A DNA stretch of 64,000 nucleotides from an uncultured Candidatus Saccharibacteria bacterium (GTDB lineage Bacteria > Patescibacteriota > Dojkabacteria > SC72). How positions within the stretch are numbered: position 1 is the stretch's first letter; each line of letters begins with the position of its first letter. The translations under genes were made by a program, and so were the position numbers. This document shows, one piece after another, positions 28,742-40,065 of this stretch. The stretch covers positions 9,585 through 73,584 of the forward strand of contig CAZLLO010000003.1 of the NCBI GenBank assembly GCA_964560525.1. The letters are read 5' to 3'. Below the pieces are notes generated by a model that did no database searches, was not told the DNA's origin, and saw only the letters and a program-made list of their open reading frames with translations.

Positions 28742-30637
28742 ATGTCAAAAATAATAGGAATAGATCTCGGAACTACAAACTCCGTAATGGCTTACATGGA
28801 GGGTGGAAAACCTAATGTTATTCCAAGCGCACAAGGTGGAAGATTAATCCCGTCTGTAGTTGCTGTGGATGATAAAGGTGAAACGCTTGTAGGTGTATTG
28901 GCTAAGAACCAAGCAGTTACCAATCCAGAGGGAACAATTTACTCTGTAAAAAGATTAATTGGTAGATCTTGGAGTGATCCCGAAGTTCAGAAAGATATTA
29001 AACTTCTACCTTTTGAGATGAGAAAGTCTTCAAATGGTGGTGTAGAAGTAAAAATGAAAGATAAATGGTACACACCTCAGGAGATATCTGCAAAGATTCT
29101 TGCAAAAATGAAGAAGGATGCGGAAGACTTCTTAGGAGAACCAGTTACGGAGGCTGTAATTACAGTTCCTGCCTATTTTGATGATTCTCAAAGGCAGGCT
29201 ACAAAAGATGCTGGCAAAATTGCAGGGTTAGATGTTAAGAGAATTGTAAATGAACCTACTGCAGCCGCACTAGCATATGGTGTAGATAACGGTAAAGATG
29301 AAAAGATTGTCGTATTTGACCTTGGTGGTGGAACATTTGATGTTTCTGTATTAGAAATTGGAGAGGGAGTATTTGAAGTACTTTCAACTAATGGTAATAC
29401 TCATCTAGGAGGTGATGACTTCGACCAGAGGGTTATAGACTATCTTGCAGATGAATTTAAGAAAAAAGAAGGAATTGATCTAAGAGAAGATCCAACAGCT
29501 TTACAAAGATTAAGAGAGTTTGCAGAGAAAGCAAAAGTAGAACTTTCAAGCTCTGAACAAACAGAAATTAATATCCCTTACATCACAGCAGGTGCAAGTG
29601 GTCCTAAACATTTGAAAGAAACCCTAACTAGATCTCAATTAGAGAAATTGGTTGCTGATTTGATCGATTCTACAGCTCAACCATGTGAGAAAGCACTAAA
29701 AGATGCGAAGCTGAAAAAAGAAGATATCAACCAGGTTCTTCTAGTTGGTGGTATGTCTAGAATGCCGGCTGTAATCAAGAAGGTTGTTGAAATCTTTGGG
29801 AAAGAGCCTAACAAGGGTGTAAACCCAGATGAGGTAGTAGGTGTAGGTGCTGCAATCCAAGGTGGAGTCTTAGGTGGTGATGTAAAAGACATTACACTTT
29901 TAGATGTAACACCATTGTCACTTGGTTTAGAAACTCTAGGTGGAGTTATGACCAAGCTAATAGAGAGAAATACAACTATTCCTGTAGAAAAGAAGCAAAT
30001 ATTCTCAACCGCAGCAGACAGTCAACCAGCTGTAGAGATCCATATTCTTCAAGGAGAAAGAGAAATGGCTGCAGATAACAAGACTTTAGGAACATTCATA
30101 CTTGATGGTATCCCAGCAGCACCAAGAGGTGTCCCTCAAATTGAGGTTTCATTCTCTATCGATGCAAATGGTATTTTGAATGTAAAAGCGGTAGATATGG
30201 CTACTAAGAAAGAACAGAAAATTACCATAACTGCGTCTACAGGGCTTAAAGATGAGGAAATCGAAAAGATGGTTGAAGAAGCAGCAAAGCATGCAAGCGA
30301 GGATAAGGAGAAAAAGGAAAGAGTTGAGAAACGAAACGAGGCAGATACACTATGCTTCAATACTGAAAAGTTAATCAAAGAGAATGGAGATAAGATTGAG
30401 GAATCAGATAAAAAGGAATTAACTGAAAAATCTGACGAACTTAAGAAGCTTATCGAAAAAGACGACTTTGATAAAGCAGATGTAGAAAAGAAAACAGAAG
30501 AGCTTATGAATAAGATGCAGGAAATAGGTAAGAAAATGTACGAAAAAGCTGCTAAAGAAGCTCCAAAAGAAGAGTCTAAGGATGAGCCTAAGAAAGATGA
30601 AGAGAAAAAAGCGGAAGAGGGAGAAGTTGTAGAATAA
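28742..30637 (+). CDS. dnaK: Chaperone DnaK (Hsp70)
   Basis: [18 protein letters not shown] and the rest of a canonical Hsp70. Confidence 0.97.
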   Translation: MSKIIGIDLGTTNSVMAYMEGGKPNVIPSAQGGRLIPSVVAVDDKGETLVGVLAKNQAVTNPEGTIYSVKRLIGRSWSDPEVQKDIKLLPFEMRKSSNGGVEVKMKDKWYTPQEISAKILAKMKKDAEDFLGEPVTEAVITVPAYFDDSQRQATKDAGKIAGLDVKRIVNEPTAAALAYGVDNGKDEKIVVFDLGGGTFDVSVLEIGEGVFEVLSTNGNTHLGGDDFDQRVIDYLADEFKKKEGIDLREDPTALQRLREFAEKAKVELSSSEQTEINIPYITAGASGPKHLKETLTRSQLEKLVADLIDSTAQPCEKALKDAKLKKEDINQVLLVGGMSRMPAVIKKVVEIFGKEPNKGVNPDEVVGVGAAIQGGVLGGDVKDITLLDVTPLSLGLETLGGVMTKLIERNTTIPVEKKQIFSTAADSQPAVEIHILQGEREMAADNKTLGTFILDGIPAAPRGVPQIEVSFSIDANGILNVKAVDMATKKEQKITITASTGLKDEEIEKMVEEAAKHASEDKEKKERVEKRNEADTLCFNTEKLIKENGDKIEESDKKELTEKSDELKKLIEKDDFDKADVEKKTEELMNKMQEIGKKMYEKAAKEAPKEESKDEPKKDEEKKAEEGEVVE

Positions 30638-30660
30638 AAACTTATCTCTGCTACAGTGAA

Positions 30661-30689
30661 GAGGAGACAGTTGGTCTCCTCTTTTTTTT
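30661..30689 (+). terminator. Rho-independent terminator after dnaK; no dnaJ follows
   Basis: GAGGAGAC-agttg-GTCTCCTC hairpin followed by T8. Confidence 0.7.
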
Positions 30690-30729
30690 ATGATAGGATT
30701 TATGAACTAAAATATCCAAACTGCCTGAT

Positions 30730-33027
30730 ATGTTAAGAGATGATAAAACAATAGAGAAAAGGAAATTAAATATTCCTACAATTCAAAAATATTTGTTCTT
30801 TGCGATGTTGGCGATAGTTCCATTCGCAATTATGCCTTTCCCTTGGGATTGGACTGAACGCAGTATGTCCCTTGTAATACTTTTAATAGCTACGGTAATT
30901 GTAGGCTTAGAGTTTGTGAAGCTAATATGGGAAGGCAAAGTTACATTTCTAAAGAGTACTTTAGATGGGGGTATCTTAGCTGTTCTTGTATCTTTAATAC
31001 TTTCAACTATCTTTTCAAGAGATGTTAACACAAGTTTATGGGGTGCCGATGGGAGATTAGGCTCTGGAATAATAGTATTTGTAACTATAATTCTTGTTTG
31101 TTTGTGTGCCAGAACATTTATTAAGAGTCTAAAAGAGATAAAAACAGGACTAATGATTCTTGTGATGAGTTTTACAGTTATAAATATCCTAAGCATTTTT
31201 TCATTCTTAGGGGTAAATGTATGGGGATTCTTACCAATCTACAAGAACCTATCACAGGTGGGATTACCATTATTAAGATCTTCAAAAGTACACCTTTTAA
31301 TCAACTTTATTCTCTTGATAGTAGATTGGGGCTTTATTGTAGATTACATAACTAACAAAGAAGGAAAACGTACATCATTTACATTAGCAATAATCGCAGC
31401 ATCCCTCTCTGCTGTTAATGTATGGATTTTCTCGATAAACCAAGGGATAGGTATGATTCTACTCTTTGTGCTATTAATGGCGACTTTATGGTTCTTTGGA
31501 TTAAGAAAACTTAAGGTGAGTGGTGTAATTTCTAGGGATATCGTAATAAGTATGATATCAATATTGCTCGTAGTGATAATCCCAACTGTTGTACTTTTAA
31601 TTCCTACTTTGAGAAATATTATTTTACCAAAGAGTGTCAACCTTGTTGCGCAGGTTTCCTTAGGAGCAGATGTTTCTTGGATTGTAGCTGCATCCGTCTT
31701 TGTGACATCATTTGGAAGAGGGCTACTCGGAATGGGAGTAGATACTTATGCAATGTCATACAACTTGTTAAGACCTCTTAGTACGAGTCTTTTGGAATAT
31801 AATAATGTTAATTTCTACTATGCTGGTAGTGAGGTTTTCACCAAATTTGCAAATGGTGGATTTGTATGGCTTCTTGCATGGGGTGTTTTGGGTTTTGTAA
31901 TTATCAAAACCATAGTAAAGGATATGGGGAAAGCAAAGATATACAAAGAGGATGCAGAAGGTAGTTGGTATCTATTACTGCTTGATTTTGTAATTCTTTA
32001 CATTTTCCTGTCATCGTTCTTTACAGCATTTAATGTTCTTGTTGTATTAATTCTCATACTTCTAGTTGCTTTAAGGTCTATTCTTCTTGAGAACCTAAGT
32101 AAGGGCACAGAATCAAAGTTTGTACTAAAGTTATGGACAGCAAACGTCTCTCCTGAGAGTGAGAACGGTAAAGGGACATACAATCTTAATATTGTCTTAA
32201 CAGTATTAGTTGCATGTTTAACCACAGGAGCTTTTGGTCTATGGGTTTCAAAAACTGTTTCTAGTGTCTTTATGCTTAAAGCCGAATCTTTCTATGTAGA
32301 GCAAAATGCAAAGTACAAGGATACAACACCAACATTGGAACAAAGAGAAGCTTTCGTTGCTTCCATGGCTCATTTCTATTCTCAAGCTGCGAAGTTTGAT
32401 AGTGCCGATCCATTAGTAAATAGAAAGACAGGAACTATGTATCTTGAAATGGTTGGAATAGCTGCAGAAAAGTATACAAATGGGGAAAACTCAGACACTC
32501 AGAAAGCAGATCTAATAACTAGTGTGGGTAAATGGAAGAATTATGCTTTAGACTATACTAGGAAAAGCATAGACACAGACAACGCAATGTATGTTAACTG
32601 GGAAGCTAGAGTACAGGTCTATATGGGTCTTGTAGGTATGGGTTTCAATGACTATGCTTCCGATGCTTTGTATTCATTGAATAAAGCTCTGGAACTAAAT
32701 CCATTAAACTATGAACTATACTACAGTAAAGCACAGATCTATGTGGTGAATAAGGATAATGACTCTGCACTTTCAGCATTAACTCAGGCCTTAGGAATCA
32801 ATGCAAAACATATTCCTTCTGTGCTTCTAGCTGCAGATATTAATAAACAAAAGGGAAATACTGCTGTATATGAGTCATACTTAAAAGCTGCTAAGAAAAT
32901 CTTAGAAAATAGCGGACAGACGGATACAGATGTATACAAAGAAGTTTCCAAGAAGCTTAATGAGATATCCTCAAGTACAAATCCTAGCACCAATACGCAA
33001 ACTGAGACGAAAACTAAAACTGAGTAA
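30730..33027 (+). CDS. O-antigen ligase/polymerase-like polytopic membrane protein with C-terminal TPR repeats
   Basis: At least 10 TM segments with a Wzy_C-like architecture; the C-terminal about 250 aa are TPR-like (NKALELNPLNYELYYSKAQIY...). Confidence 0.65.
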   Translation: MLRDDKTIEKRKLNIPTIQKYLFFAMLAIVPFAIMPFPWDWTERSMSLVILLIATVIVGLEFVKLIWEGKVTFLKSTLDGGILAVLVSLILSTIFSRDVNTSLWGADGRLGSGIIVFVTIILVCLCARTFIKSLKEIKTGLMILVMSFTVINILSIFSFLGVNVWGFLPIYKNLSQVGLPLLRSSKVHLLINFILLIVDWGFIVDYITNKEGKRTSFTLAIIAASLSAVNVWIFSINQGIGMILLFVLLMATLWFFGLRKLKVSGVISRDIVISMISILLVVIIPTVVLLIPTLRNIILPKSVNLVAQVSLGADVSWIVAASVFVTSFGRGLLGMGVDTYAMSYNLLRPLSTSLLEYNNVNFYYAGSEVFTKFANGGFVWLLAWGVLGFVIIKTIVKDMGKAKIYKEDAEGSWYLLLLDFVILYIFLSSFFTAFNVLVVLILILLVALRSILLENLSKGTESKFVLKLWTANVSPESENGKGTYNLNIVLTVLVACLTTGAFGLWVSKTVSSVFMLKAESFYVEQNAKYKDTTPTLEQREAFVASMAHFYSQAAKFDSADPLVNRKTGTMYLEMVGIAAEKYTNGENSDTQKADLITSVGKWKNYALDYTRKSIDTDNAMYVNWEARVQVYMGLVGMGFNDYASDALYSLNKALELNPLNYELYYSKAQIYVVNKDNDSALSALTQALGINAKHIPSVLLAADINKQKGNTAVYESYLKAAKKILENSGQTDTDVYKEVSKKLNEISSSTNPSTNTQTETKTKTE

Positions 33028-33029
33028 TA

Positions 33030-33731
33030 TTAGAAATGAGGTTTCCCTCTAAATAGGCATAGGGCATTTATGGGAGTTTCAGTACCATAGGTATCTTTTA
33101 AGACTTTTGTAATTCTTTCTAAAGTTCCTCCAGTAGTTATGACATCATCAAGGAGTGTAATGCTCTTGTATTTGGAAATATTAATTTTGCAATTTACGTA
33201 AAAATTATTAGAAGAGTTTAATCTCTCAGATTTACTTTTAGATGCCTGATGTTCCAACTTGGACTTGCAGGCTAGTAAATTAGTACTCATATCTAAATGA
33301 AAGTGGTTGCTAATTCTTCTTGATATATATACCATCTGATTGAAACCTCTTTCTGACATTCTCAAAGTAGAAATTGGAACAGGAACTAACAGTGTATTTG
33401 GTACCAATTTACAAGTACTAGATTTCAAAAAAGTATCTAAGAAGAAATCTGCGATATTTTCTCTCATATCGTATACATTTTTGTATTTATACTGTTTTAT
33501 GAATCTTGAAGACACCTTGTTATATTCCCAAGCAACATATACCCAATCAAGGGAGTATTTTTTCTTGCACTGGGGATGTGTTGTATAATTACCCGATATG
33601 CGGCGACATATATAGCATTCAGGGATATTGTATTTAAAGATCTTTCTACAATTAACACATAGATATGCTCCAGGCCTAGTACATACAATACATGATGGAG
33701 GGAATATAATGTTTAAAAAACTATTTCTCAT
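33030..33731 (-). CDS. comFC: ComF family protein (ComFC-like phosphoribosyltransferase-domain protein)
   Basis: N-terminal Cys cluster (CIVC...CVNC...CYIC) and the C-terminal PRTase motif LLDDVITTGGT. Confidence 0.75.
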   Translation of the reverse strand: MRNSFLNIIFPPSCIVCTRPGAYLCVNCRKIFKYNIPECYICRRISGNYTTHPQCKKKYSLDWVYVAWEYNKVSSRFIKQYKYKNVYDMRENIADFFLDTFLKSSTCKLVPNTLLVPVPISTLRMSERGFNQMVYISRRISNHFHLDMSTNLLACKSKLEHQASKSKSERLNSSNNFYVNCKINISKYKSITLLDDVITTGGTLERITKVLKDTYGTETPINALCLFRGKPHF

Positions 33732-33769
33732 TCAAATAGGATAGAATATATAGATTAAAATCAAATGAA

Positions 33770-33798
33770 TTGATAAAAATATCAGATTAAATTATGAT
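33770..33798 (+). promoter_or_regulatory. Sigma-70 promoter for murJ
   Basis: TTGATA, a 17-nt spacer, TATGAT. Confidence 0.5.
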
Positions 33799-33827
33799 AT
33801 TAGTCACATAATTTGCACCAGAATAGT

Positions 33828-35618
33828 ATGAAAAAGCTAGAGATTAACAAGAACGGACTCCTTTTTGTAATGAGTATCCTTTTGGTCACTAAGATTCTTG
33901 GCTTTATTAAACTAAGAACCATTGCACAGCTCTTCGGTGTTTCTCACGAGTTAGATATCTTTTGGGCAGCCTTTACGATACCAGATATGCTATTTACAAT
34001 TCTTGTAGCTGGCTCAATTAATGCTGCGATAATTCCCATATTCTCAGAGGTACTTTACAAAGATGGTAAAGACAGATTAGATAGCTTCTTCAATAAACTA
34101 AGTCTTGTACTTTCCTTTACAGTTGTTTTTGTAGCGACAATCTTTTTCATATTTACTCCTCAGATAACTAATTTCATAGTAAATTCGGATACATTACAGA
34201 AGATGTTGGACTTCTCCCAGAAGATCAGCCCTGCAGACTTCAATTTGTTTGTACAGCTTACAAGATTGATGCTACTATCCCCAATTTTATTGGCTGTAAG
34301 TAGTCTCATAACAGCATATCTACAAGTAAAGAAACAATTCTTTGTAACTTTCTTAGCGCCTCTTTTTTACAATCTAGCTTTCATAATAGGGCCAGTGATA
34401 TTTGTAGTATTTCTTAAACAGGGAGTAGAAGGAATCGCATTGTCTGCAGTATTAGGATCTCTATTACATTTGGTGATTCAAATTCCAACCTTTATCAAAC
34501 ACTACGAGGGTAGATACTCTCTGTCTTTGAAAACGCTGAAAGATGCAATTCAAGACTCAAAAGTGATGAAAGCTTTCAAGCTTGCAATCCCAAGAACCAT
34601 TGCCATCATAGGAGAGCAGATTAATAGTGTTGTAAATACATTAATAAGTTTTTCTCTTGCTGCAGGAGCATTAAGTTCATATAGATTTGCATTAAGTTTG
34701 CATCAGTTTCCAATAAATATCATAGGTAGTGCTGTTGCACAATTAGCTCTTCCAGATCTGTCACAATATAGCGATATTGAACATAGAGAGAAGTTTACTA
34801 AGATTCTTAATAAATCTGTTCAGTTTGCATTGTATTTAGTTCTTCCAATTATTGGAATATTTGTGATATTGAGACTGCCAATTGTTCGTCTTGTATATGG
34901 TTCTGGTGCTTTCGACTGGAGAGCAACTATTCTAACTGCATGGTGTTTAGTCCTACTAGTATTCTCTATCTTAGGTCAAACTGTAGCTCAGATTATACTT
35001 CGAGCTTTCTATGCTTTAAAGGAGACATGGATGCCATTGGTTGCTATTGCAATCAGTATTGTAATAAATATCATTCTCGCATATTACCTTACTAACTTTT
35101 TTAGTCATTACTATGATTGGAGGCCAATTGTACAACAGATGTTTTCCCAGATATCAAATGCTGATGGGGTGGGATTCTGGCATGTGTTTAAATCCTTCTT
35201 GCAAGATTTTGTTCGATGGTCATCTTCTAGAGGAGATTCTGATATGGCAGTAGGAGGATTATCCTTAGCATTGGGACTCTCGTATGTTGTAGAAGTGGTA
35301 ATGCTGTATATACTGCTAAATATAAAGACGAAGATTGTTACGTGGAATAATACGGTAAGGCCATTCCTTGTTAAGCTCTTAAACACAATCTTGATGATAA
35401 TTGGTATGTATTTTGTATTCAAACTCTTTGACTTCAAACTAGATACTACCCATACGGTATCAATAATCATTCTTACTGTAGTTACTTCCTTGTACGGAGT
35501 GTTTTCGTATTGGGTAGGCTCTAGAGTATTCAAAATACCAGAAGTCTATGTATTCGAAAATTGGATAAAACGAAAAATTATTAAAATATTTAAAAAGGAG
35601 AATGAAGAAATTTCTTAA
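33828..35618 (+). CDS. murJ: Lipid II flippase MurJ/MviN
   Basis: 14-TM MOP-family architecture with an N-terminus typical of MurJ (ILGFIKLRTIAQLFGVSHELDIFWAAF). The ATG at 33828 is preferred over the ORF-track TTG at 33813. Confidence 0.85.
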   Translation: MKKLEINKNGLLFVMSILLVTKILGFIKLRTIAQLFGVSHELDIFWAAFTIPDMLFTILVAGSINAAIIPIFSEVLYKDGKDRLDSFFNKLSLVLSFTVVFVATIFFIFTPQITNFIVNSDTLQKMLDFSQKISPADFNLFVQLTRLMLLSPILLAVSSLITAYLQVKKQFFVTFLAPLFYNLAFIIGPVIFVVFLKQGVEGIALSAVLGSLLHLVIQIPTFIKHYEGRYSLSLKTLKDAIQDSKVMKAFKLAIPRTIAIIGEQINSVVNTLISFSLAAGALSSYRFALSLHQFPINIIGSAVAQLALPDLSQYSDIEHREKFTKILNKSVQFALYLVLPIIGIFVILRLPIVRLVYGSGAFDWRATILTAWCLVLLVFSILGQTVAQIILRAFYALKETWMPLVAIAISIVINIILAYYLTNFFSHYYDWRPIVQQMFSQISNADGVGFWHVFKSFLQDFVRWSSSRGDSDMAVGGLSLALGLSYVVEVVMLYILLNIKTKIVTWNNTVRPFLVKLLNTILMIIGMYFVFKLFDFKLDTTHTVSIIILTVVTSLYGVFSYWVGSRVFKIPEVYVFENWIKRKIIKIFKKENEEIS

Positions 35619-36192
35619 AATCTTTTTTTTAGTATTGTTAGTCTTAATTGTTACAGCAATTGCATATCCCATTGTTTCCTACCTACTTTGGCAGAAAGGA
35701 TTTACAGCACAAATACCCCAGATGAAATGTATGAGTAACGTATCAGAGGAAATATCCCTAGATGAGAAATTTAAGAGTTTTGTACTTTCTGATGATGAAA
35801 CCACTTTCGTTGAGTTATCAGAAGACGAGGTGTTGTCTCTTTTGAAGAATACAAACATTCTTAATGGTGCAAATATTCAAAATATATGTCTAATCCCAGC
35901 AAAAGGTGTTTGGGGATTGTATGCAAAAGTTACTATTCAAGATATCAACCTCCCATGGGTTAGATTGGATGTCGCAAAGGATAATATGGAGTCAGCTCAA
36001 TTGTATGTAAGAGAAATATACATTGGAAAATTCTTGTTACCCACTAAAATTTCTGGAAATATTAAGACCCAGTTAAACAAGGGGATAAGTGATGCTTTAA
36101 CTTTGGTGAATGAAAACAACTTCATAGGCAGAAAGATCCAAAATATCGAGCTTTTAGATTCTACAATAGTAGTAAAGGGTTTTCTCGAATAA
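35602..36192 (+). CDS. Hypothetical membrane-anchored protein (196 aa)
   Basis: N-terminal TM followed by a soluble domain. Overlaps the end of murJ by 17 bp. Confidence 0.5.
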   Translation: MKKFLKIFFLVLLVLIVTAIAYPIVSYLLWQKGFTAQIPQMKCMSNVSEEISLDEKFKSFVLSDDETTFVELSEDEVLSLLKNTNILNGANIQNICLIPAKGVWGLYAKVTIQDINLPWVRLDVAKDNMESAQLYVREIYIGKFLLPTKISGNIKTQLNKGISDALTLVNENNFIGRKIQNIELLDSTIVVKGFLE

Positions 36193-36197
36193 ATATC

Positions 36198-36225
36198 TTG
36201 ACATAGTTGCAGACTGTGATAGAAT
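36198..36225 (+). promoter_or_regulatory. Sigma-70 promoter of groES-groEL
   Basis: TTGACA, a 16-nt spacer, TAGAAT. Confidence 0.55.
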
Positions 36226-36226
36226 T

Positions 36227-36253
36227 TTAGCAATCGTTAAATTTATCTGCTAA
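36227..36253 (+). promoter_or_regulatory. CIRCE-like HrcA operator (variant), the second copy in the window
   Basis: TTAGCAATC-GTTAAATTT-ATCTGCTAA. Same architecture and same right half-site as the hrcA copy. Confidence 0.6.
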
Positions 36254-36258
36254 GTATC

Positions 36259-36558
36259 ATGCCAGAAAAAACAAAAATTCAGCCACTTGGAAAACGCGTA
36301 TTAGTACAACCTGATGAAGTAGAGCAGGTTACAAAAGGTGGGTTAGTTTTACCTCCTAGCGCTGGAGATGATAAAAGACCAGCCATGGGAACAATCTTAA
36401 CTCTTGGTGTAGGTAAAAGAAAAGGTGAAGATGTTAAATTCGATGTTAAGGTTGGAGATAGAATATATTTCAAAAAATATGCACCAGAAGAGATAGAGAT
36501 GGATAACAAGAAATATCTACTCTTAGATGTAGATGATATTCTAGCAATCATAAAATAA
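36259..36558 (+). CDS. groES: Co-chaperonin GroES
   Basis: IQPLGKRVLV...GGLVLP...GDRIYFKKY. Confidence 0.95.
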   Translation: MPEKTKIQPLGKRVLVQPDEVEQVTKGGLVLPPSAGDDKRPAMGTILTLGVGKRKGEDVKFDVKVGDRIYFKKYAPEEIEMDNKKYLLLDVDDILAIIK

Positions 36559-36581
36559 CTTAAATTTAAACTCGTACTCAT

Positions 36582-38204
36582 ATGTCAAAATCAATCATAT
36601 ACAACGAAGAGGCAAGAAAAGCTCTCAAAGCAGGTGTAGATACAATCTCTAATGTTGTTAAAACAACTCTTGGTCCCAAAGGTAGAAATGTAGCTATTGC
36701 TAAAAGCTTTGGTTCTCAAATAATTACTAAGGATGGTGTAACTGTTGCAAAAGAAATTGAAGACAAGGATCCATTTAAAAATGTTGGTGTAGAGATGATA
36801 AAAGAGGCTGCAAACAAAGTAAACGATCTCGCAGGAGATGGTACAACCACAGTTGCAGTTCTTGCTCAAGCTATAGCTAATGCGGGCTTTAGAAATGTCT
36901 CTGCAGGTGCTAATCCAATTGCAATTAAAAGAGGTTTGGATAAAGGAACAGAAATGATTGTCAAAGAATTAACTAAGTCAGCAAAGAAGATTTCTAAGAA
37001 AGAAGAAATCTCTCAGGTAGCTACAATATCTACAAATAATGATAAGGAGCTAGGAGAAATGATAGGTGGTGTGTTTGAGAAAATTGGTAAAGATGGAGTT
37101 ATAACTGTTGAAGAAGCAAAAGGATTTGCAGATGAGGTTGAATATACAGAAGGTATGGAATTTGATAATGGATATGTAAGTGCATACTTTGTTACAGATA
37201 GGGAAACATTGGAAGCGAATATGGAAAATCCATATATCTTTGTTACGGACAAGAAACTTTCCAATCTTCAAGATATTCAAGCAATTGCAGAGAAAGTCTT
37301 AAGTGCAGCAGATAGACCATTGGTAATTATTGCTGATGATATTGAGAATCAGGCATTAGCAACATTGGTTGTAAATAAATTAAGAGGTACTCTTGATGTT
37401 GTAGCTGTTAAGGCTCCAGGGTTCGGTGATAGGAAGAAAGAAATGCTTAAAGATATTGCAGTGCTCACGGGTGCAAAATTTGTATCGGAAGAATTAGGCA
37501 ATACTTTAGAATCAGTTGAACTTGCAGATTTAGGTTCTGCAAAGAAAGTTTTAGTAACAAAAGAAAAGACAATCATTGTTGAAGGGAAGGGCTTAAAAGA
37601 AGAAGTTGAGGGTAGGATTAAAGAAATTAAAGCACAAATAGAGAAGACAACTTCTGATTATGATAAGGAGAAGTTACATGAAAGATTAGCTAAACTAGAT
37701 GGTGGCGTTGCAGTAATTCAAGTTGGTGCTGCTTCCGAAGTAGAAGCTAAGGAAAAGAAACAGAGAATAGAAGATGCTATAAATGCTACACGTGCAGCTA
37801 TTGAAGAGGGTGTTGTTGCTGGTGGTGGTTTGGCTTTGCATAATGCTAAATCAGTTTTAGAGGATGTAAAGCTTGATGATGTTGATGAGCAGATGGGTAT
37901 TGAAATTCTTAAATCCGTATTAAGTGAGCCTTTAAAACAGATTGCTGAAAATGCGGGAGAGGATGGTGCTGTAGTTGCAGCCAACTGTCATGATAGCATA
38001 GGGTATAATGCTAAGACAGGTGAGTATGTAGACATGATTAAATCTGGAATTATAGACCCTGTTAAGGTAACAAGATTAGCATTAGTTAATGCTGCTTCTG
38101 TTGGTACGATGTTAATAACTACAGAAGCTGTTGTAGCAGACCTACCAGAAGAAAAGGATAAGCCAACCATGTCCCCAGATATGGGAATGGGTGGGATGAT
38201 GTAA
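36582..38204 (+). CDS. groEL: Chaperonin GroEL
   Basis: [15 protein letters not shown], the C-terminal GGM tail, and the rest of a canonical Hsp60. Confidence 0.97.
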   Translation: MSKSIIYNEEARKALKAGVDTISNVVKTTLGPKGRNVAIAKSFGSQIITKDGVTVAKEIEDKDPFKNVGVEMIKEAANKVNDLAGDGTTTVAVLAQAIANAGFRNVSAGANPIAIKRGLDKGTEMIVKELTKSAKKISKKEEISQVATISTNNDKELGEMIGGVFEKIGKDGVITVEEAKGFADEVEYTEGMEFDNGYVSAYFVTDRETLEANMENPYIFVTDKKLSNLQDIQAIAEKVLSAADRPLVIIADDIENQALATLVVNKLRGTLDVVAVKAPGFGDRKKEMLKDIAVLTGAKFVSEELGNTLESVELADLGSAKKVLVTKEKTIIVEGKGLKEEVEGRIKEIKAQIEKTTSDYDKEKLHERLAKLDGGVAVIQVGAASEVEAKEKKQRIEDAINATRAAIEEGVVAGGGLALHNAKSVLEDVKLDDVDEQMGIEILKSVLSEPLKQIAENAGEDGAVVAANCHDSIGYNAKTGEYVDMIKSGIIDPVKVTRLALVNAASVGTMLITTEAVVADLPEEKDKPTMSPDMGMGGMM

Positions 38205-38224
38205 TCCATATTTACGTCTGATTT

Positions 38225-38256
38225 AGAGGAGGAGGTGAAAGCCTCCTCTTTCTTTC
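38225..38256 (+). terminator. Rho-independent terminator after groEL
   Basis: AGAGGAGG...CCTCCTCT hairpin followed by a T-rich tract. Confidence 0.65.
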
Positions 38257-38321
38257 TATTGCAGTATTTATAGGGTTAATATATATTTTATAGAGTGTTC
38301 TAACTTACTTGCCTGAAGAAA

Positions 38322-39332
38322 ATGCCCATTAAATATAAGGTTGCATTATTTTTAATAACTTTTCTATTTCTATTCCTTGCAAAGCCAACTTCGTCTTATG
38401 CTGATGAGTTAACACATCCTCCAGTTGTAACATCAATAACAGGTCCTACAACGGGCTATTATGGCCAAACATATGATTTTACAACAGCTGCTACAGCAGG
38501 GGATGGATACACAATCACGACTTTGTATTTGCAAGATGATGGTGATACTTTTTCTAGTAAATCTGCTGGCACTAGTGGGTGCACAGGAACAGATTGCTCA
38601 TTTACTGGAAGCTTTACTCCTCCAACCACAGGTACTTTTGTAATACATGCTGCTGCTGGATATACCAATGGGGCGAATTCTGATACATGTAACTCCTATT
38701 CTGAAGATGCCGTTATTGATTGCCAAAATTCTGGAGATGAATATATAACGTTCACAGTTTTAGCCGCCCCAACCACACCAATGGTAACATCACTTACAGG
38801 ACCGACTACAGGAGTAGTTGGAAATACATATTCATTTTCTTCTGTAATTACTTCTCTCTCAGGATTGGAAATATCATATGGTTTTATATCAGAAAATAAA
38901 AGTTTATCAGCTATGACATCTACTACTGATCTAGTAGAAGGAGAAGCTGGTGTGGACTCAGGTTGTACAGCGTATTCGTGTTCCTTGCTAGCTCATTTTA
39001 CTCCTACAACAGCAGGCACTTACTATATATATTCATCTGCTACGTACAATGGTAGTGAATGTTTTACACACCCAGCTTCAAGTGCGATGTGCTCACACTC
39101 TACAGGAAAATATATAACCTTTGTAGTGACTACAACAGGTGGTGGACAGGGTAGTGGAGATGATGAAGATTTGCCATCTACAGGAATATTCTCAAATCAA
39201 GTTAAAAATATCCTAATTGGTTTAGGATTTATATCATTAGGAATCTTAACAACCCAAACATCTAGAATAATGAATATATTGGGTTTAACAGTTGAGAAAA
39301 AGAAATCAAAATTAGAGAAAAGATTTAAGTAA
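38322..39332 (+). CDS. LPXTG-anchored surface protein with two tandem domains of about 120 aa
   Basis: Signal peptide; repeats SITGPTTGYYGQTYDF and SLTGPTTGVVGNTYSF; C-terminal LPSTG followed by a hydrophobic segment and a basic tail, i.e. a sortase sorting signal. Confidence 0.7.
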   Translation: MPIKYKVALFLITFLFLFLAKPTSSYADELTHPPVVTSITGPTTGYYGQTYDFTTAATAGDGYTITTLYLQDDGDTFSSKSAGTSGCTGTDCSFTGSFTPPTTGTFVIHAAAGYTNGANSDTCNSYSEDAVIDCQNSGDEYITFTVLAAPTTPMVTSLTGPTTGVVGNTYSFSSVITSLSGLEISYGFISENKSLSAMTSTTDLVEGEAGVDSGCTAYSCSLLAHFTPTTAGTYYIYSSATYNGSECFTHPASSAMCSHSTGKYITFVVTTTGGGQGSGDDEDLPSTGIFSNQVKNILIGLGFISLGILTTQTSRIMNILGLTVEKKKSKLEKRFK

Positions 39333-39336
39333 GGTT

Positions 39337-40026
39337 CTATATAAAGACAGATCTTGTTTGATTTACTCTTTTTATTATTCTCATAACGTTTGGCAATACA
39401 ATCTTTCCCATCTCTTTCTCTGTTATCTTACCCGATGGGTTTGGGTTATTTCCCTGTATACGTTGAAACCCCTCGTTTGTTCTATACATGATTTTTCCTT
39501 CTCTTGATTTTGCTTCTTCTCTCCAAAATAGTTCAATCTCAGTATTTGCTATCAGTTGATCTAATCCCAATTTTAAAACTTTATCTGCTTCTTTGCCGTA
39601 ACTCGAATAATAAAGAAGTGAAGGAATGAGCCTTAATACATTAAATGTTGATATTATAAAGGGTCTGCTTAGAGCGTAATTTTCCACTTTTTCAAAAGGT
39701 TCCTCGGGATACAATTCATTTATTCTATTTATCATAAATAAAACGTCTTGGTCACTGCATTCTGTTGTAGCAAAATCTTTTCTCTTTCCATTTTCATCCT
39801 TTGTTAGTATCTCCTTAAGATATTCTCCAATTCCAAAGACTTCTCTTTTTCCGTATTCATTAAAGTCATTTAGAAATCTGGTATAGTTAATCCCTTCTCC
39901 AGAAGGTGTAAGGTATGAATCATCTGGGGAAGCAATTTTCTCCCACACAGAAGGATTCCCGCTTGATTCAGAGAGATATAGATCATTCACAGTTGCTAAA
40001 GCCTTTTCGGAAAGATTTTCGGGCAT
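39337..40026 (-). CDS. Hypothetical protein (229 aa)
   Basis: ORF with an ATG start and no recognisable motifs. Lies downstream of the repressor/metallopeptidase pair. Confidence 0.5.
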   Translation of the reverse strand: MPENLSEKALATVNDLYLSESSGNPSVWEKIASPDDSYLTPSGEGINYTRFLNDFNEYGKREVFGIGEYLKEILTKDENGKRKDFATTECSDQDVLFMINRINELYPEEPFEKVENYALSRPFIISTFNVLRLIPSLLYYSSYGKEADKVLKLGLDQLIANTEIELFWREEAKSREGKIMYRTNEGFQRIQGNNPNPSGKITEKEMGKIVLPNVMRIIKRVNQTRSVFI

Positions 40027-40065
40027 AGGTTTATCACAATATTTTAGTTCTCCATTATACCATGC

